64,000 nucleotides of DNA, taken from Octopus vulgaris. Taxonomy: Eukaryota. The stretch is from positions 5,580,001 to 5,644,000 of the forward strand of contig OX597836.1 in the NCBI GenBank assembly GCA_951406725.2. The letters run 5' to 3'. The notes under the pieces were generated by a model that was given only the letters and a program-made list of their open reading frames with translations, was not told the DNA's origin and searched no databases. A program made the translations under genes and the position numbers. Shown piece after piece: positions 41,958 through 54,860 of the stretch. Within the stretch, counting starts at the first letter, position 1. Each line of letters starts with the position of its first letter.

Positions 41958-42375
41958 AGGCGCATGAATGACCGTGTGATAGGAAGCTAGCTTACCAATC
42001 ACATGGTTTTTGAGTTCAGTCCCAGTGCGTGACACCTTGGGCAAGTCTCTTCTACTATAGACTTAGGCGGTCTAAAGCCTTGTGAGTGGATTTGGTAGAC
42101 GGAAAATGAAAGAAGCCATTCGTATATGTATACATGTGTATGTGTGTATGTCTGTGTATGTGTGTGTATGTGTGCGTGTGTGTTTTCCCCACCATCGCTT
42201 GACAACCGACGTTTATGTGTTTACGTTCCCGAAACTGAGCGGCTCGGTAAGAGAGACCGATAGAATAAATACTAGGCTTACAAAGAATAAGTCCTGGGGT
42301 CGATTTGTTCGAGTAAAGGCGGTGCTCCAGCATAGCCGCAGTCAAATGACAGAAACAAATAAAACAATAAAAGAA
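41958..42375 (+). mobile_element. SINE family A, full length
   Basis: ggcgcatgaatgaccgtgtg head through aaggcggtgctccagcatagccgcagtcaaatgacagaaac tail. Confidence 0.9.
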
Positions 42376-42597
42376 AATAGTCTCCCTTTCTTCTGTTCAC
42401 TTTCCATTTTTCTATTCTTATTTCCATGTAGCAAAATGGATCGATTCCTAACAATATCGTTTTATGCTCCAAATCAAATCTACAAAGAAATAATTGTCCT
42501 GATTCCATTTCAAATTCTATTCTCAATTCCATGCAGCAGATGTTTAGTTCGCCATTTCCATCCATGTCTAATTCATTTTTCTTCTTTTTCATTCTAT

Positions 42598-42922
42598 TAT
42601 TTGTTTCACTCATGTGACTCCGGTCATGTTTGAGAAGCGCCTTTAGTCCAACAAGCCGACCCCAGGACTTCGTAAGCCTAGTACTTATTGTATCGGTCAC
42701 TTTTGCCGAAGCGCTACGTTACGTGACGTAAACACACCAACATAGGCTGTCAAGCGATAGTGGGGCACAAGCACAAATATATACTTATACATACACACAC
42801 ACATATGTATATATATATATATCCTCCCACACCGTATCCGATGAAGGGATATAATTAATAAATATCCTAGAAACAGCTGTAGGACCTTCTATCCTTGGTT
42901 TGTTATCTTATTACGCAAAAAA

Positions 42923-42975
<53 letters not shown>

Positions 42976-42995
42976 CATATATATATATGTATATA

Positions 42996-43035
<40 letters not shown>

Positions 43036-43041
43036 TAATAC

Positions 43042-43116
<75 letters not shown>

Positions 43117-43285
43117 TGTATTCGACGGGCTTCTTTCAGTTTCCGTCTGCCAAATCCACTCACAAGGCTTTGGTCTGCCCGAGGTTATAGCAGAAGACAT
43201 TTGCTCATGGTGCCACGTAGTCGAACTGAACCCGGAACCATGTGGTTGGTAATCAAACTACTTACCACACAGCCACTTCTGCGCC
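42598..43285 (-). mobile_element. SINE family A with expanded internal microsatellite hosting a hammerhead element
   Basis: Tail half 42598-42775, head half 43122-43285; TA tract and the 42822-42926 island lie between. Confidence 0.85.
42834..42885 (+). ncRNA. Degenerate minimal hammerhead motif
   Basis: gtat-CCGATGA-a-gggatat-aattaataa-atatcct-a-GAAA-cagctg-TA-ggac; island 42822-42926 flanked by (TA)n. Confidence 0.6.
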
Positions 43286-43404
43286 GATCCTAGCAATATT
43301 TTGCGTTCTTGAAATTCATTTCTACATACGTAAGGGAAATAATTCGAGTACAATACTTTGATTACAGAAAACTATAAAGTAACAAGTAATATATCATTTA
43401 CAAG

Positions 43405-43665
43405 GTACAGTCATTGAAATGCGACCATGCTGGGGCACCACTTTGAAGGGTTAAATGGAACAAACCAACCCCGATACTTACTTTGAGTCTTTAAGTCTTC
43501 TATCGAGATGCGTTACGTAAAGACTATATTGCGGAGGGGGTAAACTAATCAACAAGAATTGCCAAGCGGTAAGTCTATGCGACAAGCACCAACACCGGCC
43601 GCCAAGCGGAGGAGGGGGACAAGCATAGACACAGCGAAACACACACAAACACACAAACACACACA
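43405..43665 (-). mobile_element. SINE family A, old 3' half
   Basis: cagtcattgaaatgcgaccatgctggggcaccactttg...gccaagcgg...gggacaagcatagacac. Confidence 0.6.
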
Positions 43666-43927
43666 CTGTAAATAATATTCTTGATAACGAATAAGATATA
43701 TATATGTATATATATTAGTATATAAAAATATGTATAAATATATTATATATTATATATATCTATACTCACACATTTATATACATATATATAAATATGTGTG
43801 TATATATATGTATACAAATATGTATATATACATATATATATGCGTTATTTTTTATGTATGTATAAATGGATAAATAGATAGATATACATTCATACATATC
43901 AATAGACACGCACACATATATACATAC

Positions 43928-43958
<31 letters not shown>

Positions 43959-44014
43959 CATATATATATTTATATATATACATATATAAATATATATATA
44001 TGTATGTATGTATG

Positions 44015-44051
<37 letters not shown>

Positions 44052-44540
44052 ACGTACAAATACTTAATGACATATGAATGTATAAACATATACATTTAGA
44101 TACAAATAATGTAAGCGTACGAGCATGCATAATGCATGCAAGTCTTCAACGCGTTTCAAAATTGGAGGTGACATCTTGAAAATAATATAATAAAGGACAA
44201 AAAAACAGAATAATTATAGAAATCAATCGATAAAAAAATGATTGCATTTTCAGACATTGGTTTGTCTCTGACCGATTTCAATGATGTTATTTCTAAAAGC
44301 ATGACGACTCTCTATCTGTCTCTATGTAATTTACCGTCGTCTTCTTCTCATCTGTTCTTCGCTATCCTGTTTCTTAAACTTTTTATCAATCGACATCTTT
44401 TGAATTAGCAGACCCCTTTTGCCTTCTTTGTAGTTCCTTACATTATGGTGACTTCAAGCCTTATTTGGGACCAAATCGCATAAAATAAATAACAATCTAA
44501 TCTCTCTTCTTTGATTCTATACAGAACAGAATTGAAGACT

Positions 44541-44831
44541 GTTTGTTCCTTCTCGAGTCACGCCTGGCTCATAAGAGCCGGTTTCCCGGTTTCCTTGGCG
44601 TATAGGTACCCCACCTGGACGGGACGCCGCTAAGCTGCAAGATGCAGGAGGAAAGAGTGAGAGAAAGTTGTGGCGAAAGAGTCAGCAGAAGTTCGCCATT
44701 ACCTTCTGCTAGAGCCGCGTGGAGCTTAGGTGTTTCGCTCATAAACACACACATCGCCCGGTCTGAGATTCGAACCCGCGATCCTTCGACCGCGAGTCCG
44801 CTGCTCTAACCACTAGGCCATGTGCCTCTAC
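44541..44831 (-). mobile_element. C-related SINE with a third tail type (Meta-SINE-like), 12-bp TSD
   Basis: tRNA head ggcacatggcctagtggttagagcagcggactcgcgg..ggttcgaatctc; tail cgtcccgtccaggtgggg..ggaaaccgggaaaccgg; gaattgaagact at 44529-44540 and 44832-44843. An older relative lies at 20830-21062(-). Confidence 0.85.
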
Positions 44832-45321
44832 GAATTGAAGACTAGTTAGAAATTACTTTCACCGGTCCTTACCAGTACATCAAATTCATTTAAACGAGAG
44901 AGAGAAATAAAGAGCGAAAGAGACAACGCATAAACAAACATCTGCTGTATGAGCGCAATATGAACAATCGGTTTTGTTTTTGCATATTAGTGAATCAATA
45001 CTCTCGTTGTAGCTAGGGATTAATTGACTCAAGTAGCGAGACGACTTGTTTCTACATCAGTTTATAAACAATTTTCTATGAGGACGTTTAATAAACTTAC
45101 ATGTAATTTAGTTGTACAAATTGACTTTCTACAATTTGTCTTTCGACCATGGCCAGCTCTCGGTGGAAATCAGTGTGACTAAAAAAGCTTCATAAGTTTT
45201 CCAATCGTCGTCAGTTCATCAAGTTTTCGACTGACGCGATGTCTGTTGCTCGCTGCAACTTATAGAAGCAATTCTAAATGTTTCCGCTCTCGCTCTTTCC
45301 CTCTTTTTCACCCACGCATAT

Positions 45322-45413
45322 AATCTCTCTCTCTCTCTCTTTCTCTCTCTCTATCTATCTATCTACATATCTATCTATCTATCTCTCGCTCTCTCTTTCT
45401 ATCTATCTCACTA

Positions 45414-45478
<65 letters not shown>

Positions 45479-45739
45479 CCCCGTGTCCTTTCTCTATATC
45501 TGTGTCCTCTCTCTTCCTCTCTCAGTCACTCTCTTCCCGCGTCCTCTCTCTCTCTCTCTCTGCTCTCTTTTTCTCTTTGCTCTCTCTCTCTTTTCTATCT
45601 CTCTCCGCACTCTCTCTCTCTCTGCTCTCTTTTTCTCTTTCCTCTCTCTCTCTTCTCTCTCTCTGCTCTCTTTTTCTCTTTCCTCTCTCTCTCTTTCTTC
45701 TCTCTCTCTTCTCTCTCTCTCTGCTCTCTTTTTCTCTTC

Positions 45740-45770
<31 letters not shown>

Positions 45771-45822
45771 GCTCTCTTTTTCTCTTTCCTCTCTCTCTTT
45801 CTCTCTTTCTCTTTCTCTCTCT
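45322..45822. repeat. CT-rich tract with higher-order unit ctctctgctctctttttctct
   Basis: Unit recurs at least five times in 45555-45800. Confidence 0.85.
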
Positions 45823-46155
45823 TAATTACATAGACTAAACCTGCTTTATCCTCTGACCGTGAGGCTTGTCTCTATAGCGTGCACCAAACTCTTTTCCGCT
45901 TCGAGAGAACAATGCTAACATTCCGGACAAAACCGATTGCTAAGAACGACGGCAGAACAGCACCGAAATCCTAAAAGTATTTCTTTTTGCAGTCATTTGA
46001 ACCGGAAATCCCAATCCGATATTGGCAACATCGACAAATGATCCGTTTAATAATAAATTTTCGTATATTCCATCTTCCGTCTTGCCTTTGCCATACACAT
46101 AACGATCACTGTGTAAATGACCAGGCTTTACCAGTAAACCACTCAGTTTATTATC

Positions 46156-46201
<46 letters not shown>

Positions 46202-46204
46202 ATA

Positions 46205-46369
46205 GGCGCAGGAGTGCCTGTGTGGTAAGTAGCTTGTTTACCAACCACATGGTTCTGGGTTCAGTCCCACTGCGTGGCACCTTGGGCAAGTGTCTTCTAC
46301 TATAGCCTCGGGCCGACCAAAGCCTTGTGAGTGGATTTGGTAGACGGAAACTGAAAGAAGCCCATCGTA

Positions 46370-46415
<46 letters not shown>

Positions 46416-46642
46416 TTTGAGTGTTTGTGTGTCTGTGTTTGTCCCCCCTACATCACTTGACAACCGATGCTGGTGTGTTTACGTCCCCGTCACTTAGCGG
46501 TTCGGCAAAAAGAGACCGATAGAATAAGCATTGGGCTTACAAAAGAATAAGTCCCGGGATCGGGTTGCTCGATTAAAGGCGGTGCTCCAGCATGGCCGCA
46601 GTCAAATGACTGAAACAAGTAAAAGAGTAAAAGAGTAAAAGA
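46205..46642 (+). mobile_element. SINE family A, young full-length reference copy (tRNA-derived head, CORE-like segment)
   Basis: ggcgcaggagtgcctgtgtggtaag (A-box-like), gggttcagtccc (B-box-like), gcaccttgggcaagtgtctt (CORE-like), internal (TA)n, tail (agtaaaag)n. Confidence 0.92.
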
Positions 46643-46745
46643 GATACCTATACACATAAACCCACACATAAATACATAAAACTTAGATATGTTGCGACCA
46701 AAGATTGGCGCAGGCCATGTATGCATATCCATACATACATATATA

Positions 46746-46909
46746 TTCTCATTCCCAGGTTCGAAATTTCCCCAAGACACCTGAAGAAGGCTGGAGTGTA
46801 TATCAGCGGAACTGCTGTGTTAACAACAAACACGATGAGGACAAATATCCGTCAAATGTAAATAACGTAAATTATGTACAGAATTCCTCATCTCTTAAAT
46901 ATAGAACTG
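46746..46909 (+). mobile_element. Short Penelope-like element with hammerhead-like core, second family, copy 2
   Basis: gacac-CTGAAGA-aggctg..cagc-ggaactgct-gtgtt (46776-46821). Its first 10 nt (ttctcattcc) are the reverse complement of ggaatgagaa in copy 1. Confidence 0.55.
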
Positions 46910-47624
46910 AACAACAAAAACAACTATGAAAGATACATTGGATAATGTGATCAAAGATGATCGGTCACTTTTAATATCATCACTGGAACTTCTTTGATTA
47001 CCGATCTGCTTGGTTTAGTTGACCTGGGGTTAAACATCGACTTGGGGAATCACATTGGATAATACATAGATAGGTCCACGGCAGGAATGCGTTTGTTAAC
47101 AGAAGTTCCAAATCAAGATAGGTGAAGAAAAAAATAGCAGCAATGTGGAAGGACACCGTGGATAATGTAATAACAAGTAGTTATTGGATGGTGGGATCGT
47201 CATGGCTAGAACGCCATTTATTACAGATTTGAATTAGAACTTTTGACCTGGGGCTAGACGACATGAGAAAACAACAACACAAACAACTACAACAACAACA
47301 GCCTTCTTATATTTCTAGCAGTTTCTTTTCTCGAAGGTTAAACCTCGACCATAATATAATTGTCATAATTACTTTTTTACTATAAAAGCTGTGAATAAAT
47401 CGGTTAATTATTTAATCAATTAATTTAAATTAGACTAATTGGATATAACTATTGAAAATGAATACCTTTCAGTCCACATCTATTTTGTTGTTGTTCCCTC
47501 GGGTTTATTGCACTTATATGGTTTGAAGAGTTGTGTTTAGAATAAGTCCAAAATCCATGTCTCCAACAAACAATATTCAAATTCCTGGTCAGTTTTATTC
47601 TAATACGCCATTATTCCTAACAGT

Positions 47625-48090
47625 TTCCGAAATAACTCCGGTTATTTGCTGAAGACCAATAAATACTCTTACAGGTAATATACGACATTCGAATTTTCTC
47701 CAGCTCTGTAGCATTGGCAGTACTTTAAAATTCATATCACAAAGGTATGATCTTCAGCTTCTCTGCAACGGTTTCTCTATGTCTGGAATGCAGCTCAACT
47801 GGACATCGTGTCCGAAATATTTCCAGCTATTTGCTTGAGTCCAACATTCTTACTAACACCATCCGACATCCAAATTTCTCCAGCTATTTAGGAGTACCAG
47901 TAATCTAAACTTCATACCACAAAAAAAGCACGATCTCTGAATTGTCTGCAACGATTTACTAAAGTCCAGAATTCATCTCAGCTGCATATCACGTCCGAAG
48001 CGCCTCAAGCTCTTTACCAATCGCCTGGAGTATTGTAAATCGGAATTTTCTCTGGGTATTTGTGAATGTCCGAAATTCATACCAGCTTTT
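47625..48090 (+). repeat. Diverged tandem repeat, period ~183 bp, ~2.4 copies
   Basis: cgacat.c.aa.tttctccagct...ttcata.cacaaa...tctgcaacg.ttt...gtccgaa at 47683-47828 and 47864-48011; tccgaa anchors at 47626, 47811, 47994, 48069. Confidence 0.8.
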
Positions 48091-48584
48091 TTTCTGCAGC
48101 AAATTACGGTCAAGCTGTTTATCATTGCACAACAGTCATACAATCTTCAATCTCAATCCAAATTCCTCTCCAATTTCTTTAGCCATTGTTTAAAACCATG
48201 ATTCCGTTCGCTAACCAAAGTTTCTGCCAGTTTGCTTTCTCTATTTTTTCTTCTTTTCGACGCAAAACTAAGTCAAAACTCAATACACTTTTCAGCTACA
48301 TGTTATTATTTTTTTCATCATTATTTTTCTTTTCGCCGTTTTATCATGAAACCATTTCCTAAATGAGAGTTATATATGATAGACAGTTCGACATCTCTCT
48401 AATGAAGTTTCACTAATTATTCAGAACACTGATCGATAACGAGTTGTGACAACATAAAGCTGTATGTACGAATGTGGGGCGTGTGTGCTGGTTGGTCGTT
48501 GGTTCTCTCTAAAAGTGTGCCAGTCGCTTGTGAAAAGGAGAATGTTTTGTTAATGTGATTGTGCTTACTGCTACGTATACTTGC

Positions 48585-48626
<42 letters not shown>

Positions 48627-48771
48627 GTGTGTAAGTGTAATGAATGTATTAGACACAGAAAATTTTTTTTGATATTAATTCAATAAAAACTAGTTAAATA
48701 TTAGGCAATGTGCTTCATTTAATTATTCATGGAACATATGTGGACACACGTACGCATACGTTTATACGCAG

Positions 48772-48826
<55 letters not shown>

Positions 48827-49167
48827 CAAACACATGTATATAAATATGATTATATATTAATGAGGATTTACACTTAGACATACATAAATATATACACCCA
48901 CACAGAATTCTGCAGATAGATAGATAGATACATACATACATACATACATACATACATACATACATACATACATACATACATACATACATACATACATACA
49001 TACATAGATTGATGGATGGATAGAGAGCAGTTTTTTTTGTTTTTGCAGCTTTAGAAAAAGTATAAATATATGTGCATGTGTGTGTGTGTGTACATGTATA
49101 TATATGTATGTGTTTGTGTGTGTGTGTTTATAAATATATATATATTTTTTATATACATACATGTATG

Positions 49168-49226
<59 letters not shown>

Positions 49227-49489
49227 ATATTTTATATATTTATGTATGTATACATATATATATATATACACACACACACACACTACACACACAATGAAAT
49301 GAAAATTCAAGGAGCCTGGTGTTGCTCCTCAAAGTAAAATTGTTTAATTTTGTAGCTTCGACAAAAATATTTCCGTGTGAAGGTATGTCTATACATATTT
49401 AAGTACATAGAACTATACAGACTGGCGGTGCCCCAGCCTGGCCACAGCCTGGCCACAGCCTCAGGGCTGAAACTTACAAATGGATAAAA

Positions 49490-49519
<30 letters not shown>

Positions 49520-49524
<5 letters not shown>

Positions 49525-50044
49525 GTCATCCCTAAAAGCAGGTAATAATAGTATCTTGTCTTTATTCTTAAGTACAAGTTTTGAAGACTGCGGTTCGATT
49601 TTAACAGTTATTTTTTCAAAGCTAGAATGGAATTGACAAAAGATCATATTCGGCATATTTTGTTTTATGAGTTCAATAGAGGCAACAACGCAGCGGAAAG
49701 TGCGAGGAATATTAATACAGTGTATGGGGATCGTACAATAAGCGTATGCTGGGAGGATCTGTAGATCTCGACGAGGACATCCTGCAAACCCTGGTGGAAC
49801 AAAATCCCATTGTAACTGTTGAGGAACCAGCAGAGAAGCTTGGATTTGGTCATTCAACCATTCACCGATATCTGCGTGCCATCGAAAAAGTCAGCAAATT
49901 GAGTCAATGGGTTCCTCACAAACTGTCTGAGTTTAATCACGCCATACAGAGAGTGGATGTGTGCCCTTCTTTTCTGTCGCGTCTCACGAATGAAACTTTC
50001 TGGGATCGAATAGTGACCGGTGACGAGAAATTGGTTCTCTATAA
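49520..50044 (+). pseudogene. Mariner transposon remnant (5' end and truncated transposase)
   Basis: ATG 49627 MELTKDHIRHILFYEFNRGNNAAESARNINTVYG, then an internal deletion, then ...HSTIHRYL..QWVPHKLS...DRIVTGDEKLVLYN (WVPHEL and TGDEKW mariner motifs); truncated by (TA)n. Confidence 0.9.
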
Positions 50045-50047
50045 TCT

Positions 50048-50102
<55 letters not shown>

Positions 50103-51224
50103 GACAAGCTTCCCATCCACAATTTCCATCCACAGAATTCTATCACAAGACATTGGTCTAGCCAAGCAATATCATAAGACACTTGCTCAAACAAGGTGCT
50201 GCACAATGGGATTGAACTTGAAGCTCCATCGCTGCAAACGCCGAACACATGATCTCAGTATAAACAGCTGTTTGAAAATGTCACTGCGACACAATGAAAC
50301 TAAATGCATGATATCATATCTAAAACACCATAAAATGCAATTTGCAGAATTCAAAATGAATTCAAATTAGCAGAGAGCATGTGTGTACAGGGTATCAATA
50401 GGAATAAGCTATTAATCTAGCGTCAAGTTTAACGTGGATATATTCTCACTGACTACGCTTTATTAAGACAAGAAACCGATCCGCTAAGTACTGCGGTTTT
50501 TGTCCACAGAGTTATAAAACCAGTGGTGAAACCATTTTATTTACTATTCATTTTGAAGTTAGAACTCTATGTTTATTCAAAAGCATACTTTAAATTAGAA
50601 ATTATTCAAAAGCACGGTGTGTGCTGGGCTATGGACGAATAAATAAATCGATGCTGCTAACGTATACAATGTTATGCAAATGAAACTAATCGATTTGGAT
50701 GACTCATAGTTTTAACATAAGGGGAATAGCTATAAGCTAATAGACTCTTAGTGTGCAATTGAAAACTGTAAATTTAGCAATACAGGTATCGATGGGAACT
50801 TGAACTGTCAAGGGTGATCTTGTCTCAGTACGTGTGGCCGCAGCCCTGGGTTGATTATTGTGGTAGACTGGCTGTTCTTTACTCATGAAAGTATTACCCA
50901 TCCTCACTGTTGATGTTTATCCAATAAAATTTCAAAGAGTTGAACTGATGGAGCCCCGCATCAGTGATGCTGGAAATCTTTGTCTGATGGCAAATTGACG
51001 GAACAAACTCAGTATTGAATCTTGCAGAACCTTCTCACACTGTTCTGCCAATCCAGTGACTTGTACTTTGTATTTATTTTATCGACCCCGAAAAGGAAGT
51101 CACAGCAAAATTAAGCTCAGAGGGATTTAGACTCAGAATACAGGGCATTAGGATATATACCACTAGGTATATCTAATGAATCTGCTGATATGCAACACGG
51201 GAACTGAGAGCATATATATGTATA

Positions 51225-52150
51225 TGGAACTCTTGCGAAGTGATGCCATTTAACGCGTCCCGTTAAGGCGGCGAGCTGGCAGAAACGTTAGCACGCCGGG
51301 CGAAATGCGTAGCGGTATTTCGTCTGTCGTTACGTTCCGAGTTCAAATTCCGCCGAGGTCGACTTTGCCTTTCATCCTCTCGGGGTCGATAAATTAAGTA
51401 CCAGTTACGCACTGGGTTCGATATAATCGACTTAATCCCATTGTCTGTCCTTGTTTGTCCCCTCTGTGTTTAGCCCCTTGTGGGTAGTAAAGAAATATTT
51501 AACGCGTCCCGTCGTTATTTTCTTCACTTCTTCCACATCTGCGAATTCCGCAGCACCAGCTTCCGTCACCAGTGAGAAAATGTCCGGATCAATTTGTAAA
51601 TGTTTTATCAGTTCACAACACGCATCCATTTGTCAATGCTTTTGATATTCCGTGAGCAATCGAAGCACAAATTTCACTGCAACTCTTTTCATTCACAACC
51701 CATCCCTCAAAATTCGTTGGCAGCAGCTCCAGAACACATTAGCCGTATCATCAAGTTTGTCTCTTGTTCGGTAACTGTTCCTCCAAGATCAGTTCATGAA
51801 TTTTCATGATGTTTCCATTCGTGCGGGAACTCAACAGAGGCCCTGAATGAGGTTGGTCCTCAAGCGACAAGTGACCATTCGTAAAACGAGGAAAACGCAC
51901 GTAAACTTGTATTTTGCTCATGGCAGCGTCCTTGCAGTCTGTTTGAAGTATGACAACTGGTTCGGCTGCCGCTTTCCCCAGCGGAAAACAGAATTTCATT
52001 GAATCACGCTGTTCCTTCGTTTCAGCTATCGCAAAAGTCGACGAACAGGGGAGAAACACTGCAAAACAAAGACGCACCACGTGGCAGTACGGCTACACGC
52101 GACGACGCCGCCGTTCGTCTGACTGATGCCCGAGGGTCGCATCAAGTGGC
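51225..52150 (-). pseudogene. Second mariner transposase remnant, internally deleted and interrupted by a SINE
   Basis: EQRDSMKFCFPLGKAAAE..MSKIQVYVRFPRFTNGHLSLEDQPHSG (mariner N-terminal HTH), MDACCEL..DPDIFS, FADVEEVKKITT, and DALNGITSQEF on the far side of the SINE. Confidence 0.85.
51264..51496 (+). mobile_element. SINE family B, young copy inserted in mariner remnant, 16-bp TSD
   Basis: atttaacgcgtcccgt at 51248-51263 and 51497-51512. Confidence 0.95.
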
Positions 52151-52159
52151 TTCTAGTCT

Positions 52160-52563
52160 TATTTAATTTTTTATTGCCCACAGGGGGCTAAACATAGGAC
52201 AGTCAAAGGCACTAAGTCGATTACATCGACCCTAGTGCGTAACTGGTACTTAGTTAATCGACCCCGAAAGGATGAAAGACAAAGTCGACCTCGGCGGAAT
52301 TTGAACTCAGGACGTAACGGCAGACACAATACCTATTTCTTTACTACCCACAAGGGGCTAAACACAGAGTGGTCGAATACGGAAAAACAAACGGATTAAG
52401 TCGATTATATGGACCCCAGTGCGTAACTGGTACTTATTTAATCGACCCCGAAAGGATGAAAGGCAAAGTCGACCTCGGCAGGAATTGAACTCAGAACGTA
52501 GCGGCTGACGAAATACCGCTAAGCATTTCGCCCGGCGTGCTAACGTTTCTGCCAGCTCGCCGC
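52160..52563 (-). mobile_element. SINE family B dimer
   Basis: Complete unit 52334-52563 followed on the minus strand by a headless second unit 52160-52333. Confidence 0.9.
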
Positions 52564-52613
52564 CGGCTTCTGGTGGCAGAATGCGAACTGTATATAATAC
52601 AATAGAGAAAGTT

Positions 52614-52710
<97 letters not shown>

Positions 52711-53025
52711 TGTGTGTGCGTGTGGCCTCTTGAAAGTCATATAGGAATGAGTGCATAGACGATATTAAATTATGCAAATACATGCAGAATGTATCGATTT
52801 AACATCTATCGAACGTTTGTGCTGTGTATTTAGAGTGAAATTAGCATACATCGAAAACAAGCACACATACTCACTCATACACACACGCACACACACACAC
52901 GCACTTGCTTACACACGTACGCTCAGACACACTCACACACAGTCAAATGTGCACATACACACAATTAAACAACCATACACACATGGAGTTTCATACACGA
53001 ATACGCGCACTCTCACATGCATATA

Positions 53026-53106
<81 letters not shown>

Positions 53107-53137
53107 ATGTGTTGATCTATATATTATTTTATTTCTT

Positions 53138-53740
53138 AATTGTTTCAGTCATTTGAGTGCGGCCATGCTGAAGCACCACCTTTAGTCGAAGAGATCGATC
53201 TCAGGATATATTTTTTGTAAGCCTTGTATTTACTGTATCGATATCTTTTGCCGAACCGCTAAGTTACGGAGATGTAAACACACCAACATTGGTTGTCAAA
53301 GTGATGTTGGGCGGGATTGGGGTATGTATACAAACACACACACACGCACACACACACACATACACACATACATACATACATACATACATGCATACATACA
53401 TACATACATACATTCATACATAATACATACATATATACGTACATACATACATATATATACATATATATATATATGGGCTCCGTGTGAGCAATCATCTAAA
53501 AGTTTTTTTTGTGCATCTTGATGCTGACATAAGTTCCTTGCTTTTCCTGATGAGAAGGCGGCATAATGCACCCCTTATTCCTTCGAAATTAGGAATATGC
53601 AGCCTTCGAAACATATGTCGAAAATAAAATAGAGGAATTTTGTTAATTTCGTCGTTCAACTCTATTCTTTCATTTATTTGTATATATATATATATATATA
53701 TATGTCTCCTCTATGTTTCTCTCCACAGAGGGCAATGAAG

Positions 53741-53831
<91 letters not shown>

Positions 53832-53846
53832 CAGACAGACAGACAT

Positions 53847-53925
<79 letters not shown>

Positions 53926-54085
53926 TACACATATATCTATACATATGTATGTATAGATATGTGGGGTGGTGGGCATGTATGTATACACACACGACACGTT
54001 TCCATACAACTTCGCTCACAAGTAATCGTTCGGCTCGGGGTTATAGTAAAGTCTCTCCCCAAACCTTACACGGGACTGAAGAGCG
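53138..54085 (-). mobile_element. SINE family A with a greatly expanded internal region hosting the intact hammerhead
   Basis: Tail half 53138-53320; decayed head half 53990-54085; microsatellites and the 53474-53680 island lie between. Confidence 0.7.
53525..53645 (+). ncRNA. Type I hammerhead ribozyme, intact core
   Basis: ttttc-CTGATGA-gaaggc...gccttc-GAAA-catatg-TC-gaaaa. Stem I 53542-46/53620-24, core 53547-53, stem II 53554-53607, GAAA 53608-11, GUC triplet 53617-19. Stem I extends via aagttcct/aggaattt and tgaca/tgtta. Confidence 0.85.
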
Positions 54086-54268
54086 ACTGAGTCTGAAACC
54101 ACTTGCGTCAACCCTTATATCTGTGATTTGTAACTTGGGGCTTGGAGAAACTGTGGTGGGGCATGTGATTCAAAGATTTTTCCCTTTTTCCCTTTTTAGT
54201 GGAACGTGGAATTGTGAAAATGTTTCGTTGTTTTTCTCTTTAGTCAAGAATGTGCTTTGTTTTTGTAC

Positions 54269-54657
54269 TGGCTGTGTGGTAAGTAAGTTGCTAACCAACC
54301 ACATAGTTCCGGGATCAGTCCCACTGCGTGGCGTCTTGGGCAAATGTCTTCTGCTATAGCCCCGGGCCGACCAATGCCTTGTGAGTGGATTTGGTAGACG
54401 GAAACTGAAAGAAGCCTGTCGTATATATGTATATATATATGTATGTATGAGTGTTTGTGTGTCTGTGTTTGTCCCCCTAGATTTGCTTGACAACCGATGC
54501 TGGTGTGTTTACGTCCCCGTCACTTAGCGGGTCGGCAAAAGAGACCGATAGAATAAGTACTGGGCTTATAAAGAATAAGTCCCGGGGTCGATTTGCTCGA
54601 CTAAAGGCGGTGCTCCAGCATGACCGCAGTCAAATGACTGAAACAAGTAAAAGAGAG
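54269..54657 (+). mobile_element. SINE family A, near full length
   Basis: tggctgtgtggtaagtaag...gaaacaagtaaaagag; close match to 46205-46642. Confidence 0.92.
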
Positions 54658-54772
54658 CCCTTAATAAAAGAGTTAATTAATGAAAGAGATACCGGTAGAT
54701 TCTTTCATATTAAATAATTGTGTTAAAATATTAAAAGAAAGTTTGGGCTTTTTTTCCATCCACCAGTGGAGT

Positions 54773-54860
54773 AGGCCTATACATGTTTCTTGAAAGCTAC
54801 GGTGGCGCTCGGGGAAGGCCTATACATGTTTCTTGAAAGCTACGGTGGCGCTCGGGGAAG
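54773..54860 (+). repeat. Perfect 43-bp tandem duplication
   Basis: aggcctatacatgtttcttgaaagctacggtggcgctcgggga twice. Confidence 0.95.

Noticed and set aside
54773-54860. 43-bp direct repeat as a CRISPR-like array
   Set aside because: Only two abutting copies, no spacers, eukaryotic context; a simple tandem duplication.
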